Below are positions 33,758 to 44,077 of a DNA stretch of 64,000 nucleotides, in pieces. Location: the IMG/VR virus record IMGVR_UViG_3300009082_000002, positions 43,407-107,406 of that record; one strand, given 5' to 3'. The notes under the pieces were generated by a model. It saw only the letters and a program-made list of their open reading frames with translations. It ran no database searches and was not told the origin of the DNA. The position numbers and the translations under genes are program-made. Source of the stretch: a virus. Every line of letters starts with the position of its first letter. Position 1 is the stretch's first letter.

Positions 33758-34981
33758 ATGAGTGACAAGCTCCGCGTCCTGGCCGTCTGCCACGAAGACC
33801 CGGCGAACATCCTCGGCGGCATGGGGATGCACGTCCGAGAACTGTACCGGGCTCTCGGAACACGGGGCGACGTAGAGATCGATCTGCTAACCAGCGGACC
33901 GGGCGAGGGCTCACAGCTCTACTCGCCGGGGTTCACGCGGCACTTGTCGGACAAGCTCATCTGCTTCAAGCCGCGCGAAGCAAACCTGGCCGCGCTGCTC
34001 TCGGCGGACATCCAGTTGATCAAGACGTTCACACGGCTGCTCGCGGAGGGCAAGTGCTGGGATGTGCTGCACGTCCACGAGTGGAACTCGCTTCAGGTGG
34101 CGCGGCTGATCCGTGACACGCTCGATCTTCCGATGGTCGGCACCATGCACTTGTGCATGAGCAAGCTAGCCGAGGAAGATCCGATCGAGCGGTTCACAGA
34201 GGGCCACCTCTACATGCTCCAGCAGGAGGGAGCCCTTGTCTGCGGATCGGACGAGCTGATCCTCTGCTCGCAAGCCTACGAACGCATCGCTCGCGAGAAG
34301 TTCATGACTGACCGCAAGATCAACGTGATCTACAACGGCATCCGCTGTGACGAGTGGAGCAGGGAGCGTGGAGTCGGTGTGCGGGCGCGAGCGAAGCACA
34401 ACCTGCCCCCGAGGGACATCGCGCTCTTCGTCGGGCGTATCGCCGACATGAAGGGCATTCGAGTCCTGCTCGATGCAATCGAGGCCGACGAGAGCGGGCG
34501 CTACTGCTACGTAGTCGCCGGTTCCGTCAACGCGGACACGCCCGAGCAAGGAGAGCACTGGGACGTGACGCAGAGGTTGCGTCAGATCGAACGCGAGCAT
34601 CCGAGCCGGCTGCGCTGGGTTGATTTCGTTCACGGGCAGGACTTGCTCGACCTCTACGCCTGCGCCAGCGTCGGGCTCATGCCGTCGCTACATGAGCCCT
34701 TCGGCATCGCTGCGCTGGAGCACATGGCAATGGGCGTGCCTCTCGTCGCCACCGAGGTCGACGGCCTCGGCGAGATCGTCTGCGACGGTCTCGGCGGCGA
34801 GTACGCGATGATCATCCCGGCTGGGTGTCCGGTTGCGATTTTATCGGCGCTGGCCGAGCTTGACGTGGAGAAGCGGCAGGCGCTCTCGGCCCTCGGTCGG
34901 GCGCGAGCGGCTGCATTCGACTGGACCGAGGTTGCAGCGCAGACGCTCTCGGTGTACAAGAGGGCGGTAGGGAGGCTATGA
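33758..34981 (+). CDS. glycosyltransferase family 4 (GT-B)
   Basis: GGMGMHV, DVLHVHEW, VIYNGI, LFVGRIADMKG, PSLHEPFGIAALEHMAMGVP. Confidence 0.92.
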   Translation: MSDKLRVLAVCHEDPANILGGMGMHVRELYRALGTRGDVEIDLLTSGPGEGSQLYSPGFTRHLSDKLICFKPREANLAALLSADIQLIKTFTRLLAEGKCWDVLHVHEWNSLQVARLIRDTLDLPMVGTMHLCMSKLAEEDPIERFTEGHLYMLQQEGALVCGSDELILCSQAYERIAREKFMTDRKINVIYNGIRCDEWSRERGVGVRARAKHNLPPRDIALFVGRIADMKGIRVLLDAIEADESGRYCYVVAGSVNADTPEQGEHWDVTQRLRQIEREHPSRLRWVDFVHGQDLLDLYACASVGLMPSLHEPFGIAALEHMAMGVPLVATEVDGLGEIVCDGLGGEYAMIIPAGCPVAILSALAELDVEKRQALSALGRARAAAFDWTEVAAQTLSVYKRAVGRL

Positions 34982-35484
34982 TGCTCGCGACCATCATCAA
35001 CCCAGACCCGAACTCCCCGCTGGACAAGGCGAGAGTTGCAGCGTTCAAGCCGGAATTGAACAAGTACCAAGGAAGACTCTGGTTGGAAGTCTGGGTCGTG
35101 ATCGGGAAGCTGCTCGACCCCGAGGATGAGGACAGCTTCGTGGAGTACCCGGTCCCCGGCACCGGGAAGGCCGCCCTGGAGTTCAAGATCGAAGACGGCG
35201 TGCATCCACTTCGGCCGGGCACCGCGCTTGGAAAGTGCCGGACTTGCGGAGCGTGGCACCCTAGGACGGCTGGGGTGTGCGGCGATGACGGCTGCGAGGG
35301 AACAGTCGTCATGTACGACGGATTCACCCGGGTTCGCCAGGTGCCGGAAGTGATCGAGGGCGACTGCTGCTTCTCGATCCAGGCTGACAAGATCCTGGAG
35401 TTCCTGGTCACGGAAGAAGTACCGGACCCAGACACCTGGGAGATCGTTAAGGTGTTCAACGCCACGCTGAACGGAGGGGAGTGA
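34978..35484 (+). CDS. hypothetical protein with Zn-binding motif
   Basis: CRTCG..C...C; GGAGG SD. Confidence 0.55.
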   Translation: MMLATIINPDPNSPLDKARVAAFKPELNKYQGRLWLEVWVVIGKLLDPEDEDSFVEYPVPGTGKAALEFKIEDGVHPLRPGTALGKCRTCGAWHPRTAGVCGDDGCEGTVVMYDGFTRVRQVPEVIEGDCCFSIQADKILEFLVTEEVPDPDTWEIVKVFNATLNGGE

Positions 35485-35485
35485 C

Positions 35486-37678
35486 GTGCCTTCCGTCGTC
35501 CGCATCCAGACCGGGGCGACCGAGCGCATCGAGGCCCTGATCCTCGACGGCTCGCTGGTTCCGCTCGCGGGTAAGACCGACATCCTGGTATCGATCCGTC
35601 GGTGGAGCGACGGCTACTTCCTCGACTGGAACGACGACACGTTCAAGGCGAGCGGGTGGACCACGCGCCAGGTCGCCATGACCGAGGTGTCGGCAACGAA
35701 CGCTCCCGGCGAGTACTATCGCGCGCTGGATACCTCGGCGATCACGAACCAGACCGCCGACGACACCTACGAGATCAGGGTGGACCAGAGCCCCGGGACT
35801 GACGCGAAGAACTTGCCGCAGGTTGGCGAGATCAAGGTCGGGCAGTTCGTTGATGAGCTGGACGCGGCCGTATCAAGCCGGGCCGCGCCGGGCGACGAGA
35901 TGGCGCTGGTGGATGACGCTATCGAGGCTGGGAAGTTCGACGAGAGCACGGCGTTCCCGCTGAAGGACGACGACAGCGGCGCAACACAGGTCGCGCGTAC
36001 TGGGGCAGACGGGGACACGCTGGAGACTCTGTCGGATCAGCTCGACGTTGCCCAAGCTGATCTCGACAACCCGAACCAGTACAAAGCCGATGTGTCTGCC
36101 TTGGCCTTGGAAGCGAACGTCGAGGGCCATGCAGCGGACGCGTTAACGACCTATGATCCTCCGACCAGAGCAGAGGCTACGTCGGATAAGAACGAGATCC
36201 TTGCCGCGATCCCAACGGCAAGCTCCGTTGCGGATGCGGTCTGGGACGAGCCGATGGCCGGACACACGACTGGCGGCACGGCTGGCGAGCAGCAGAATCA
36301 CCTCGACGCGGATATCAGCTCGCGTGCCACGCAAGCCGACATCCTTGCCGACGCGACCCCCTTCAACGGGGCAGACATCGACGCAGCTATCAGCAGCCGA
36401 AGCTCCCACTCGGCAGCGGACGTGGACACCGTCCTCACGGCTGCGCACGGTGCAGGCTCCTGGCAGACTGCTGATCTCTCGACGATCCCGGCCCTAGTTG
36501 CGGATGCGGTCTGGGACGAGGCGCTAGCTGGTCACGTCACCGGAGGGTCTGCCGGCGAGGCCGTTGGCCGCGTCGACGTCCAGGTGAGCACGCGGTCCAG
36601 CCACACACCAGCCGACGTTGACGCGGCTCTTTCCGCTTCGCACGGCGCCGGCTCTTGGCAACCGGCGTCGCTGGCCTCGATTGCGAGCGCGGTCTGGGAG
36701 GAACTTCTCGCCGCGCACACCACACCAGGCACGACCGGCTTGGCACAGAACAGGATCGACGTCGCGGTCAGCAGCCGCAGCTCACACACGCCGGCAGATG
36801 TGGACACCCAGCTCTCGGGGAGCCACGGCGCGGGGTCGTGGCAAAGCGATTCGAGCGCTGTTGCTGACGCGGTCTGGGATGAGCTGTTGGCAGGGCATAC
36901 CGCGGCGGGCAGCGCGGGCCAGGCGATGGCCAGAGTGGATGCGACGGTCAGTAGTCGGGCTGTGCCGGGCGACGCGATGGATCTGATTGCGAACGCAGTT
37001 GACTCCGCGAGTCTGGCGGCCAGTGGCGTCAATGAGATTCGCGATGGCATCCTCTCGGACTCGACGCCTTTTGCTGGTGCCAGGATCGACGCGGCGATTA
37101 GCTCGCGCAGCTCGCACACGCCAGCCGACGTCGACGCGCAGCTCTCCGGTAACCACGGTGCCGGGTCGTGGGAGAGCGGCCCGACGACCTCGCAGATCGC
37201 GGACGCCGTCTGGGATGAGGCCCTCGCTGGTCACGTCGTCGCAGGGAGCGCGGGCCAAGCGCAGGCCCGTGTTGACGTCGCGGTCAGCAGCCGCAGCTCA
37301 CACACGCCGGCCGACGTGGACACGGAGCTGACGGCAACGCACGGAGCTGGAGCCTGGAACACTGGCGACCCGGGGGCCATTGCGGATGCGGTCTGGGATG
37401 AGGCGCTCGCTGGTCACGTCGTCGCAGGTAGCGCCGGCCAGGCGATGGGACGTGTTGACGTCGCGGTCAGCTCGCGCAGCTCGCACTCCGCAACCGACGT
37501 TGATACGGTACTGACAGCCGCACACGGCGCCGGGTCGTGGCAAGCTGCGAGCGTCGACCCGTCTGTCATTGCGGACGCCGTCTGGGATGAGGCCTCGGCA
37601 GACCACATGACCGAGAACACGATGGGCGGGCTGCAGAACAGGCGCGACGTCGGATCGCCCTGGGGTACCGGACTCTAG
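35486..37678 (+). CDS. repeat-containing fibre-like virion protein
   Basis: N-terminal beta domain, then 7 AVW[DE]E..H and 6 HGAG[SA]W repeats. Confidence 0.7.
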   Translation: MPSVVRIQTGATERIEALILDGSLVPLAGKTDILVSIRRWSDGYFLDWNDDTFKASGWTTRQVAMTEVSATNAPGEYYRALDTSAITNQTADDTYEIRVDQSPGTDAKNLPQVGEIKVGQFVDELDAAVSSRAAPGDEMALVDDAIEAGKFDESTAFPLKDDDSGATQVARTGADGDTLETLSDQLDVAQADLDNPNQYKADVSALALEANVEGHAADALTTYDPPTRAEATSDKNEILAAIPTASSVADAVWDEPMAGHTTGGTAGEQQNHLDADISSRATQADILADATPFNGADIDAAISSRSSHSAADVDTVLTAAHGAGSWQTADLSTIPALVADAVWDEALAGHVTGGSAGEAVGRVDVQVSTRSSHTPADVDAALSASHGAGSWQPASLASIASAVWEELLAAHTTPGTTGLAQNRIDVAVSSRSSHTPADVDTQLSGSHGAGSWQSDSSAVADAVWDELLAGHTAAGSAGQAMARVDATVSSRAVPGDAMDLIANAVDSASLAASGVNEIRDGILSDSTPFAGARIDAAISSRSSHTPADVDAQLSGNHGAGSWESGPTTSQIADAVWDEALAGHVVAGSAGQAQARVDVAVSSRSSHTPADVDTELTATHGAGAWNTGDPGAIADAVWDEALAGHVVAGSAGQAMGRVDVAVSSRSSHSATDVDTVLTAAHGAGSWQAASVDPSVIADAVWDEASADHMTENTMGGLQNRRDVGSPWGTGL

Positions 37679-37687
37679 GAGGACGTC

Positions 37688-38866
37688 ATGCCGAGCCTCG
37701 CACGCGGCGAAGAGAACACCACCTCGATTCTCAACTGGTTCATCCGGCAGAGCGGGGTCTTGGTGGATGTACACGAGATCGGTTACCAGGTCTGGGACAT
37801 CTCTGGCGGCGCGCCCGGAACGCTGCGCTTTCCGAATCCGGCGGACCCGAGCGAGTGGGAGGACGTGACCAGCGGCGACGGCCACTTTGGGACCGGCTCG
37901 TACTACGCCTTCGACAACGACAACGCCAGCGGCTTCACGCCGGACCTCGGCGAACCGCTCGGCGAGCACTGGATCAAGTGGCGTTGGAAGTTCGCGTCTG
38001 GCTCCCCCTACGTCGAGGATCAGGAAGCCTTCACCGTCCTCACGCAGAGCAGCGGCTCCGTCTCGGATGAGTACTGTACCGTCGACGAAATCCACGACGA
38101 GGGTGTGCCGCTCGAAGTTGATGGCGGGCCGAGTGACACCGAGATTCTTGCGATCATCCAGCTCTATTCCTCGGCCATCGACAAGGTCACGCGTTCCTTC
38201 TTCGCTCCGCGGACCATGACGTTCTACCTCGACGGCAGCGGACACAACACGCTTTTCTTGCCGTACCCGATCATCAATATCACCGAAGTGGAGGCCAACC
38301 TCCTGCCGGGGCCGAGCCCGCGGTCCGGCACCGTCCTCGCAGAGGACGAGTTCTCGGTCTATAACCGGGACATCCCCAACGATAAACGCAACCCGCGGAT
38401 CGAGCTGGTCCGTGGCGGCGGGTCGATCTACGCCGGCACCTTCAACGGGATCTTCCGCGCGTCCTCGCTCAACCAGAAGATCACCGGGACATTCGGCTGG
38501 CTCGAAGGCGGCGACACCCCCAAGCTCATCAAGCAGGCGTGCAAGCGGCTCGTCATCCGCAACCTCGGCAAGCTCGCGACCGGGGCCGGAGGGCCTGCGA
38601 CTTGGGGTGGCGGCGGGTCTGCGGTCTCGGCGTGGGGCGTCGAGAAGGAGACCACTGACCGGCACTCGATTGACTACACCGACGCACGAGCAGGCGCCGG
38701 GCTTGGCGCCGATGCGACCGCGCTTCAGCTCATCAACGACTCGGTCGCCTACGCGATGATCATGCAGTACCGCGCTGCGACGCCGGCCATCGCCTGGTCG
38801 AGCAGGCCGACCGAGCGCCAGATGATGAGCGACGATTCCGACGAGCGGAGCGGTGGCGAATGGTAG
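37688..38866 (+). CDS. head-tail adaptor-like protein with extra N-terminal domain
   Basis: YCTVDEI..IDKVTRSFF..TFGW...PKLIKQAC..KETTDRHSIDY pattern. Confidence 0.65.
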   Translation: MPSLARGEENTTSILNWFIRQSGVLVDVHEIGYQVWDISGGAPGTLRFPNPADPSEWEDVTSGDGHFGTGSYYAFDNDNASGFTPDLGEPLGEHWIKWRWKFASGSPYVEDQEAFTVLTQSSGSVSDEYCTVDEIHDEGVPLEVDGGPSDTEILAIIQLYSSAIDKVTRSFFAPRTMTFYLDGSGHNTLFLPYPIINITEVEANLLPGPSPRSGTVLAEDEFSVYNRDIPNDKRNPRIELVRGGGSIYAGTFNGIFRASSLNQKITGTFGWLEGGDTPKLIKQACKRLVIRNLGKLATGAGGPATWGGGGSAVSAWGVEKETTDRHSIDYTDARAGAGLGADATALQLINDSVAYAMIMQYRAATPAIAWSSRPTERQMMSDDSDERSGGEW

Positions 38867-39264
38867 CACCGAACCTCATCCACCAGATACCTGTCGTCAT
38901 CGAGCAGATCGACAAGGACGCCACGCTTTACGACGAAGACGCAGAGGAGCCTATTGGCCGCGCCGAGTACAACCAGGTCAGGATCTCCGCGCAGGTCAAG
39001 TGGCGATCGATCGACGACCCGGACTGGATGTGGAGCGGGCGTCGGGAGAACTGGAAGGGGTACCTTCTTTTCCTTCGCTCGACGCTGGTCGCTCGTGGGC
39101 TCACCATCGCCAAGGGCGACCTGATCACGAGCATCGGTCATCGTGCCTGCCGCGTCTACGTCGAGAGCTTTGAAGATGCGGGCCACTACCCGGACATCGG
39201 CGGCAACGGACTCATGCTCGCGTTCTTCTCCGACCGAAGTCCGGCAGAGCCGCAGGAGGTCTGA
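38860..39264 (+). CDS. head closure/stopper-like protein
   Basis: Size, position and KGDLI motif. Confidence 0.55.
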   Translation: MVAPNLIHQIPVVIEQIDKDATLYDEDAEEPIGRAEYNQVRISAQVKWRSIDDPDWMWSGRRENWKGYLLFLRSTLVARGLTIAKGDLITSIGHRACRVYVESFEDAGHYPDIGGNGLMLAFFSDRSPAEPQEV

Positions 39265-39265
39265 C

Positions 39266-39901
39266 GTGGCCACGGTCGAAGGCTTCTCCGTTAAAGGAGC
39301 TGGGCTCAAGCTCTCTGGCGACTGGAAAAAATACGGCGACACGCTCGACGCCTTCTCGGACAACTTCAGGAAGCTGATCGAAAGAGCCACGGAGCGGAAC
39401 GCAATCCTCGCCCGCGACGAGATGCGGTTGCGGGTCAACGCGCGGAAGTACACGGCCAACGCACCGCGCACCGTGATCCTCAAGGGCGGCGACCTGCCGC
39501 TCGCGGGGAAGACCGGCTCGCCGGAGTCGGCAGCGGGGGCCTCTGGTGGTGGTACCGGGGCCGCGCTGCTCAAGTCTCTCGCGTATCAGATGGAAGGTCC
39601 TCTCTCGGCCATCGTCGGTGTGAACCGCTGGGCCAATTATCGCGGCCGGAAGAACATCGGCAAGATCGTCCACGATGGGGTCACCATCCCCGTCACGGAG
39701 CGGATGCGAAAGTACTTCTACTTCCTCGCCTTCAAGTACGGCAGCAAGGGCTTCAAGCCGCTCCACCCGCGGACGAAGAAGATTGTCATCCCGCCGCGAC
39801 CGTTCATCAAGAACGTGATTGACGACCCGACGGTACAAGCTAGAATGAGGGCCCAGTGGGAAGCGGCGGTCGACGCAGCCTTCGGAGGTAAGAAGGTCTA
39901 A
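39266..39901 (+). CDS. neck/tail completion protein (HK97 gp10/Mu gpG-like)
   Basis: NAPRTVILKG, VHDG, IPPRPFI. Confidence 0.7.
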   Translation: MATVEGFSVKGAGLKLSGDWKKYGDTLDAFSDNFRKLIERATERNAILARDEMRLRVNARKYTANAPRTVILKGGDLPLAGKTGSPESAAGASGGGTGAALLKSLAYQMEGPLSAIVGVNRWANYRGRKNIGKIVHDGVTIPVTERMRKYFYFLAFKYGSKGFKPLHPRTKKIVIPPRPFIKNVIDDPTVQARMRAQWEAAVDAAFGGKKV

Positions 39902-41151
39902 TGCAGGAGCGCGACCTCATCAAGGCCTTCAAGTACGGCGAGGAATGGCGCGACGACCTCGTCTTCTCTGGCACGGACATTTACCTCGAAAGCACGAACA
40001 GCGAACGCGGCGTGATGCTGCGCAAGGACAGCGACGGCGACTACCCGGTCACTGGCGAGCAGTACGTCAGGCACCGCGTCACGGAGCCACTCGCGCTCCA
40101 GTCCTGGGAAGGCTTCGACTATGAGGCCGTGGAGCCGACCGGGACCGCGCTCGCCTTCAGGATCTCGGACGGCACGGACGACTACTGGTGGGACGGCGGT
40201 ACGTGGGTCGTGGTCACGCCGGACCCCGCGGAGTGGAACACCAGGCAGGAGATCCACGACCACATCGCGGGCTTCCGCGCCGCTGTCAGCTCGCGCAAGC
40301 TCCAGGTCGTGACTCGTCTGACTACGACAGATCCGAGCTTGACTCCGCGGCTGACCACGACTAAACTCCTGTATCGAGCTTGGATCAACTTCACGGAGGA
40401 TCTGATCTTGCGCTCCTTCGTCCCGACGCTGAAGGCGCAGATCCGGCCCTGGAAAGATTCGTCCTTCAAGGCCAAGTCTGCGACCGATACTTTCGCGCTC
40501 GGCGAAGGTGGCGCTTACACGCTCCGGCCGTACCGCGTGGAAGAGATCGTCGGTGTCTGGGACCACGACAACGACCCGCAGCACCTCGTCAGCTTGTTCG
40601 ACTCTTACGACACCGGCACCGAGATCATGACGCTGACCAGCGCCGTCGCGAGCGGCACGCGTCTCTTCATGACCTTCAAGTACGCGCCGCGCGTGTCCGT
40701 CGCCAAGCACCCGGACTACATCGAGGTCGAAGACGACATCCCATCGCTGACGCTGGAAGGCCTGCGCGCTGTGCTCAAGATGCGCGGCAGCCCGGCGCGG
40801 AGAGATGCCATCATCAACCGAGCTGACTTTTCGGCGAAGGTCGTGGCCAGCGTAGACGCGACGACCTTCGATCTTGACATCTTGGTTTCGGCCGACCGCA
40901 ACACCGACCGCTTCCGGCTCTCGGACGCGGTCCGCGACTTCCTCGAAGACAACCCGCTCCTCAACCTGGTGGGCGTCGACGAGGACACGCCAGTTCGGCT
41001 TTTGCAGGACCCGTCGTTCAGCGGGCGACCAGAGAACAGCGGACTCTTGCAAGAGACGATCACAGTTCGCTTCGACCGTGTACACTACTTCCCGCAAGCG
41101 AAGGACAGGTACTCGGTCAATGAAATGAATGTGGCACTGACGCAAGCCTAG
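39901..41151 (+). CDS. putative tail terminator with extra N-terminal domains
   Basis: Immediately precedes the sheath gene; mostly a positional call. Confidence 0.5.
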   Translation: MQERDLIKAFKYGEEWRDDLVFSGTDIYLESTNSERGVMLRKDSDGDYPVTGEQYVRHRVTEPLALQSWEGFDYEAVEPTGTALAFRISDGTDDYWWDGGTWVVVTPDPAEWNTRQEIHDHIAGFRAAVSSRKLQVVTRLTTTDPSLTPRLTTTKLLYRAWINFTEDLILRSFVPTLKAQIRPWKDSSFKAKSATDTFALGEGGAYTLRPYRVEEIVGVWDHDNDPQHLVSLFDSYDTGTEIMTLTSAVASGTRLFMTFKYAPRVSVAKHPDYIEVEDDIPSLTLEGLRAVLKMRGSPARRDAIINRADFSAKVVASVDATTFDLDILVSADRNTDRFRLSDAVRDFLEDNPLLNLVGVDEDTPVRLLQDPSFSGRPENSGLLQETITVRFDRVHYFPQAKDRYSVNEMNVALTQA

Positions 41152-41207
41152 CAACCCGGCTCGCGCGCAGGCCGCTCGAACAGAACGGGAAGGACGAAAG
41201 GTGGACC

Positions 41208-43625
41208 ATGGCGCAGCGTAGGTTCGGACCTGTCCTCGGGGCTGGCACGGCGGTCGTCGAGAAGGAGTCACAAAAACAGATCGTTCCGGGCTCGCTCGGG
41301 AATATCGGTTACATCGGCATCCTGGAAAAGGGTCCGGTAGGCGAGCTGATCGGCTGCCTCAAGCGCGGCGACTTCGACAACAAGTGCGGCGGTCGAATCG
41401 ACGAGTCGCTGGTACCCGACGCGGCCCAGGACTTCTGGAGCCTCGGCGACGGAGCCGGCGAGCTGTGGTGCATTCGAGTCACGGACGGAGAGGAGCAGGA
41501 CGCGAGCGCCACCTTCTGGACCCGCCACGACGACGCCCACACCGGGAGCGGGACCTTCTTCAACGGCGCCGTGGCGTCGCTGAAGGTCGAGGGCAAGTCC
41601 GCTGGCATGTGGGCCGGCGGCGCCTTCCGCCACGAGCAGTCGGTTCTCGTGGCCGACGTGACCGCGACCACCATCGACCTCGATCTGGCACTCACGCCGA
41701 TCCCGGTCGACATCATGATCGACGCCGAGATCTACGTCGAGGAGCCCTACGGTGCGGGGCGTGCCGGACCCTACAAGGTCACGGGCAACACGGCTGCGGG
41801 TCTGGTCTCCGTCGAGTCGCACAACGACATGGCGGCCGACTGGCCGACCTCCGGTGCCAATCCGAGCATCGTGATCATCGAGCGTGGAAACGTGGACCGC
41901 AAGGGCGACCCGCGGCACGTCTCCGTGATGTTCGGTGACGGCGTCGAGAACCCGCTGACCGAGTTCTCGATGACCGTCTACGTGAACGGCAACGAGGTTC
42001 GGACCTACGAGAACCTTTCGATGGACCCCTCTTCCGGTCGGTACGTCGAGAACGTGGTCAACAACGACACTGGCAACCACTGGGTCGAGGTGACGAACCA
42101 GTGGACCGGCGGCGTGACCGCGCTCGCTCGCCCGACCAACTGCTGGCGTGGCGAGTCCTCGGCCCTCACGGACCCCAGCGACGCCGACCCGGATCTGCTC
42201 ACGGCCATCGTGACGGCCGTGACGCTTGGCGGCACCAACGTCGGAAACGGCACCGGCAGCGTCACGGCGTACAGCTCCGACTACCTGGAGGATTCGCTCG
42301 TCTTCACGTGCACCACGCTCGGCGGCGCAGGGGTCGGGAAGTTCAAGTGCGTCTCGACGATCTACGGCACCAGCGCGAACGATGCCGTGACGGACGGAAC
42401 AGCCTTCTCGACCGGTGACCGTGGCGTGAGCGTGACGCTGGTGTCCGGGGCGACGCCGTGGGCGGTCGGCGATATCGTGACGATCAAGGTGTACCGCCTG
42501 GCCAAGAACGATGCGTTGGTCGGCGGGTACCTCTGGCCGGATGCGGATGGCAATCCCAATGACTCCTACCGCATCATCGAGAACACCGGGCACACGATCC
42601 GCGTGAGCGTCGGCAGCGACCTGACCTCCGTCGCCACCATCGGCGACACCTTCAAGGTGCAGGCGCCGCAGCAGCTCATCGAAGGCTGGGACGGCTTCGG
42701 CGGGCTCAAGGCCAACCTCAACCCCTGGCTGGTCGCGCTCGACCCGGTGACCTGTCCCTGGAACGGGCTGCGTGGCCAGGGTAAGGGCCTCGTGAAGCTG
42801 GCCTCGCCTGGCATCGCCTGGTGGGGCGAGGAGCACACGCTCCTTTCCGAGCTGGTCGAGAAGGCCGGCGAGGACTACGCGGAGAGTCGCGGGTACCAGT
42901 GGCACGTCGAGGTGCCGCCGTCCACGACCGACGAGATCAACGCGGACGCCTACGTCAACGGCACGGTCGGCAAGAATGACTTTGCCGTGACCATGATGCC
43001 GGGCTACTGCTACGTCCTCGACCCCGACTCGACGGATGGCGCGCTCAAGCTGGTCTCGATGGTCGGCATGAAGCACGGTCGCGAGGCCGGCGTCGCACGC
43101 GACTACAAGGGCTATCACAAGGCCGCTGCCGGAATCGAGGTCTCGCTGCCGCGCGTGGTGAAGCTGACCACGGACGGCCAGACGCTCAACGAGGAGTACC
43201 TCAACCCACGCGGCCTGAACGTGGTCAAGAAGGTCGGCGGCAACTATGTGATCTGGGGCGACCGCACCATCGCGCAGGACCCGACCTGGAAGTGGAAGCA
43301 CCAACGCGAGCAGATGAGCCACTACGAGCTGTCGCTCATGGAGAGCTTCGACTGGATCATCTGGGCCATCAACGACCAGGCGACCTGGCAGCTCGCACTG
43401 ACCGCGCTGTACAGCTTCTTCCTGCCAGAGTACCGGAAGCGCGCGCTGCAGGGCGACACCTTTGAGGAGGCCGCACGCATCAAGGTCGACGGCGACATCA
43501 ACGACGCAGCCGAGCGTGCGGCCGGGAACCTCAACGCGCAGGTCACGCTCTGGCTCGCCGACACCGTCGAGCGGTTCGTGATCATGATGGGCAAGCGAGG
43601 GATTTTCGAGGAGGTCGCGGCCTAG
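41208..43625 (+). CDS. tail sheath protein
   Basis: GILEKGPV, HKAAAG, LNPRGLN..VIWGDRT, WAIND, GALQG-like, VERFVI. Confidence 0.92.
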   Translation: MAQRRFGPVLGAGTAVVEKESQKQIVPGSLGNIGYIGILEKGPVGELIGCLKRGDFDNKCGGRIDESLVPDAAQDFWSLGDGAGELWCIRVTDGEEQDASATFWTRHDDAHTGSGTFFNGAVASLKVEGKSAGMWAGGAFRHEQSVLVADVTATTIDLDLALTPIPVDIMIDAEIYVEEPYGAGRAGPYKVTGNTAAGLVSVESHNDMAADWPTSGANPSIVIIERGNVDRKGDPRHVSVMFGDGVENPLTEFSMTVYVNGNEVRTYENLSMDPSSGRYVENVVNNDTGNHWVEVTNQWTGGVTALARPTNCWRGESSALTDPSDADPDLLTAIVTAVTLGGTNVGNGTGSVTAYSSDYLEDSLVFTCTTLGGAGVGKFKCVSTIYGTSANDAVTDGTAFSTGDRGVSVTLVSGATPWAVGDIVTIKVYRLAKNDALVGGYLWPDADGNPNDSYRIIENTGHTIRVSVGSDLTSVATIGDTFKVQAPQQLIEGWDGFGGLKANLNPWLVALDPVTCPWNGLRGQGKGLVKLASPGIAWWGEEHTLLSELVEKAGEDYAESRGYQWHVEVPPSTTDEINADAYVNGTVGKNDFAVTMMPGYCYVLDPDSTDGALKLVSMVGMKHGREAGVARDYKGYHKAAAGIEVSLPRVVKLTTDGQTLNEEYLNPRGLNVVKKVGGNYVIWGDRTIAQDPTWKWKHQREQMSHYELSLMESFDWIIWAINDQATWQLALTALYSFFLPEYRKRALQGDTFEEAARIKVDGDINDAAERAAGNLNAQVTLWLADTVERFVIMMGKRGIFEEVAA

Positions 43626-43687
43626 TCGGTCGCGTGCCGTAGTGACCAACGCCTCGCAAAAGAAGCGAGGCCGAGAGGAGGAACGAG

Positions 43688-43996
43688 ATGGCAAGCGGTG
43701 GCAGCAGGTGCGTGACAGGGTCCTTCGTCGGGACGGGTGCGGCGCAGGACGTGCCGGTCGGGTTCCGGCCGCGGGCGGTCGAGATCATCAACCGGTCCGG
43801 CAACTGCCGGGCCGACTGGTGCGAGACCATGCCCGTCGCCTCGATGGCGAAGATCGTGGACAGCGGTGCGGGCGCGACCGACCTGTCCTTCGTCACCAGC
43901 GGCGGCGTGACGCCGGCCGACGATGGCTTCGCGCTGGGGACCGACACGGATCTCAACGTGAGCGGCGAGGTCTGCTACTTCAAGGCCTGGGACTAG
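43688..43996 (+). CDS. small structural protein
   Basis: GSFVGTG..VGFRP..GFALG..LN..YFKAW fibre-type beta motif; GAGGAGG SD. Confidence 0.6.
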   Translation: MASGGSRCVTGSFVGTGAAQDVPVGFRPRAVEIINRSGNCRADWCETMPVASMAKIVDSGAGATDLSFVTSGGVTPADDGFALGTDTDLNVSGEVCYFKAWD

Positions 43997-44077
43997 CCTG
44001 CGAGCCTGGCCTTCCTTTCCTTCCTTGGGGTCCGTTCACCGGGAAGGTCGGAGAGACGCGAACGGAGGAGGTGACGT

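Noticed and set aside
581-43694. Long minus-strand ORFs (e.g. 581-2608, 10292-11869, 23364-25088, 41268-43694)
   Set aside because: Antisense shadows of GC-rich + strand genes with no recognisable motifs
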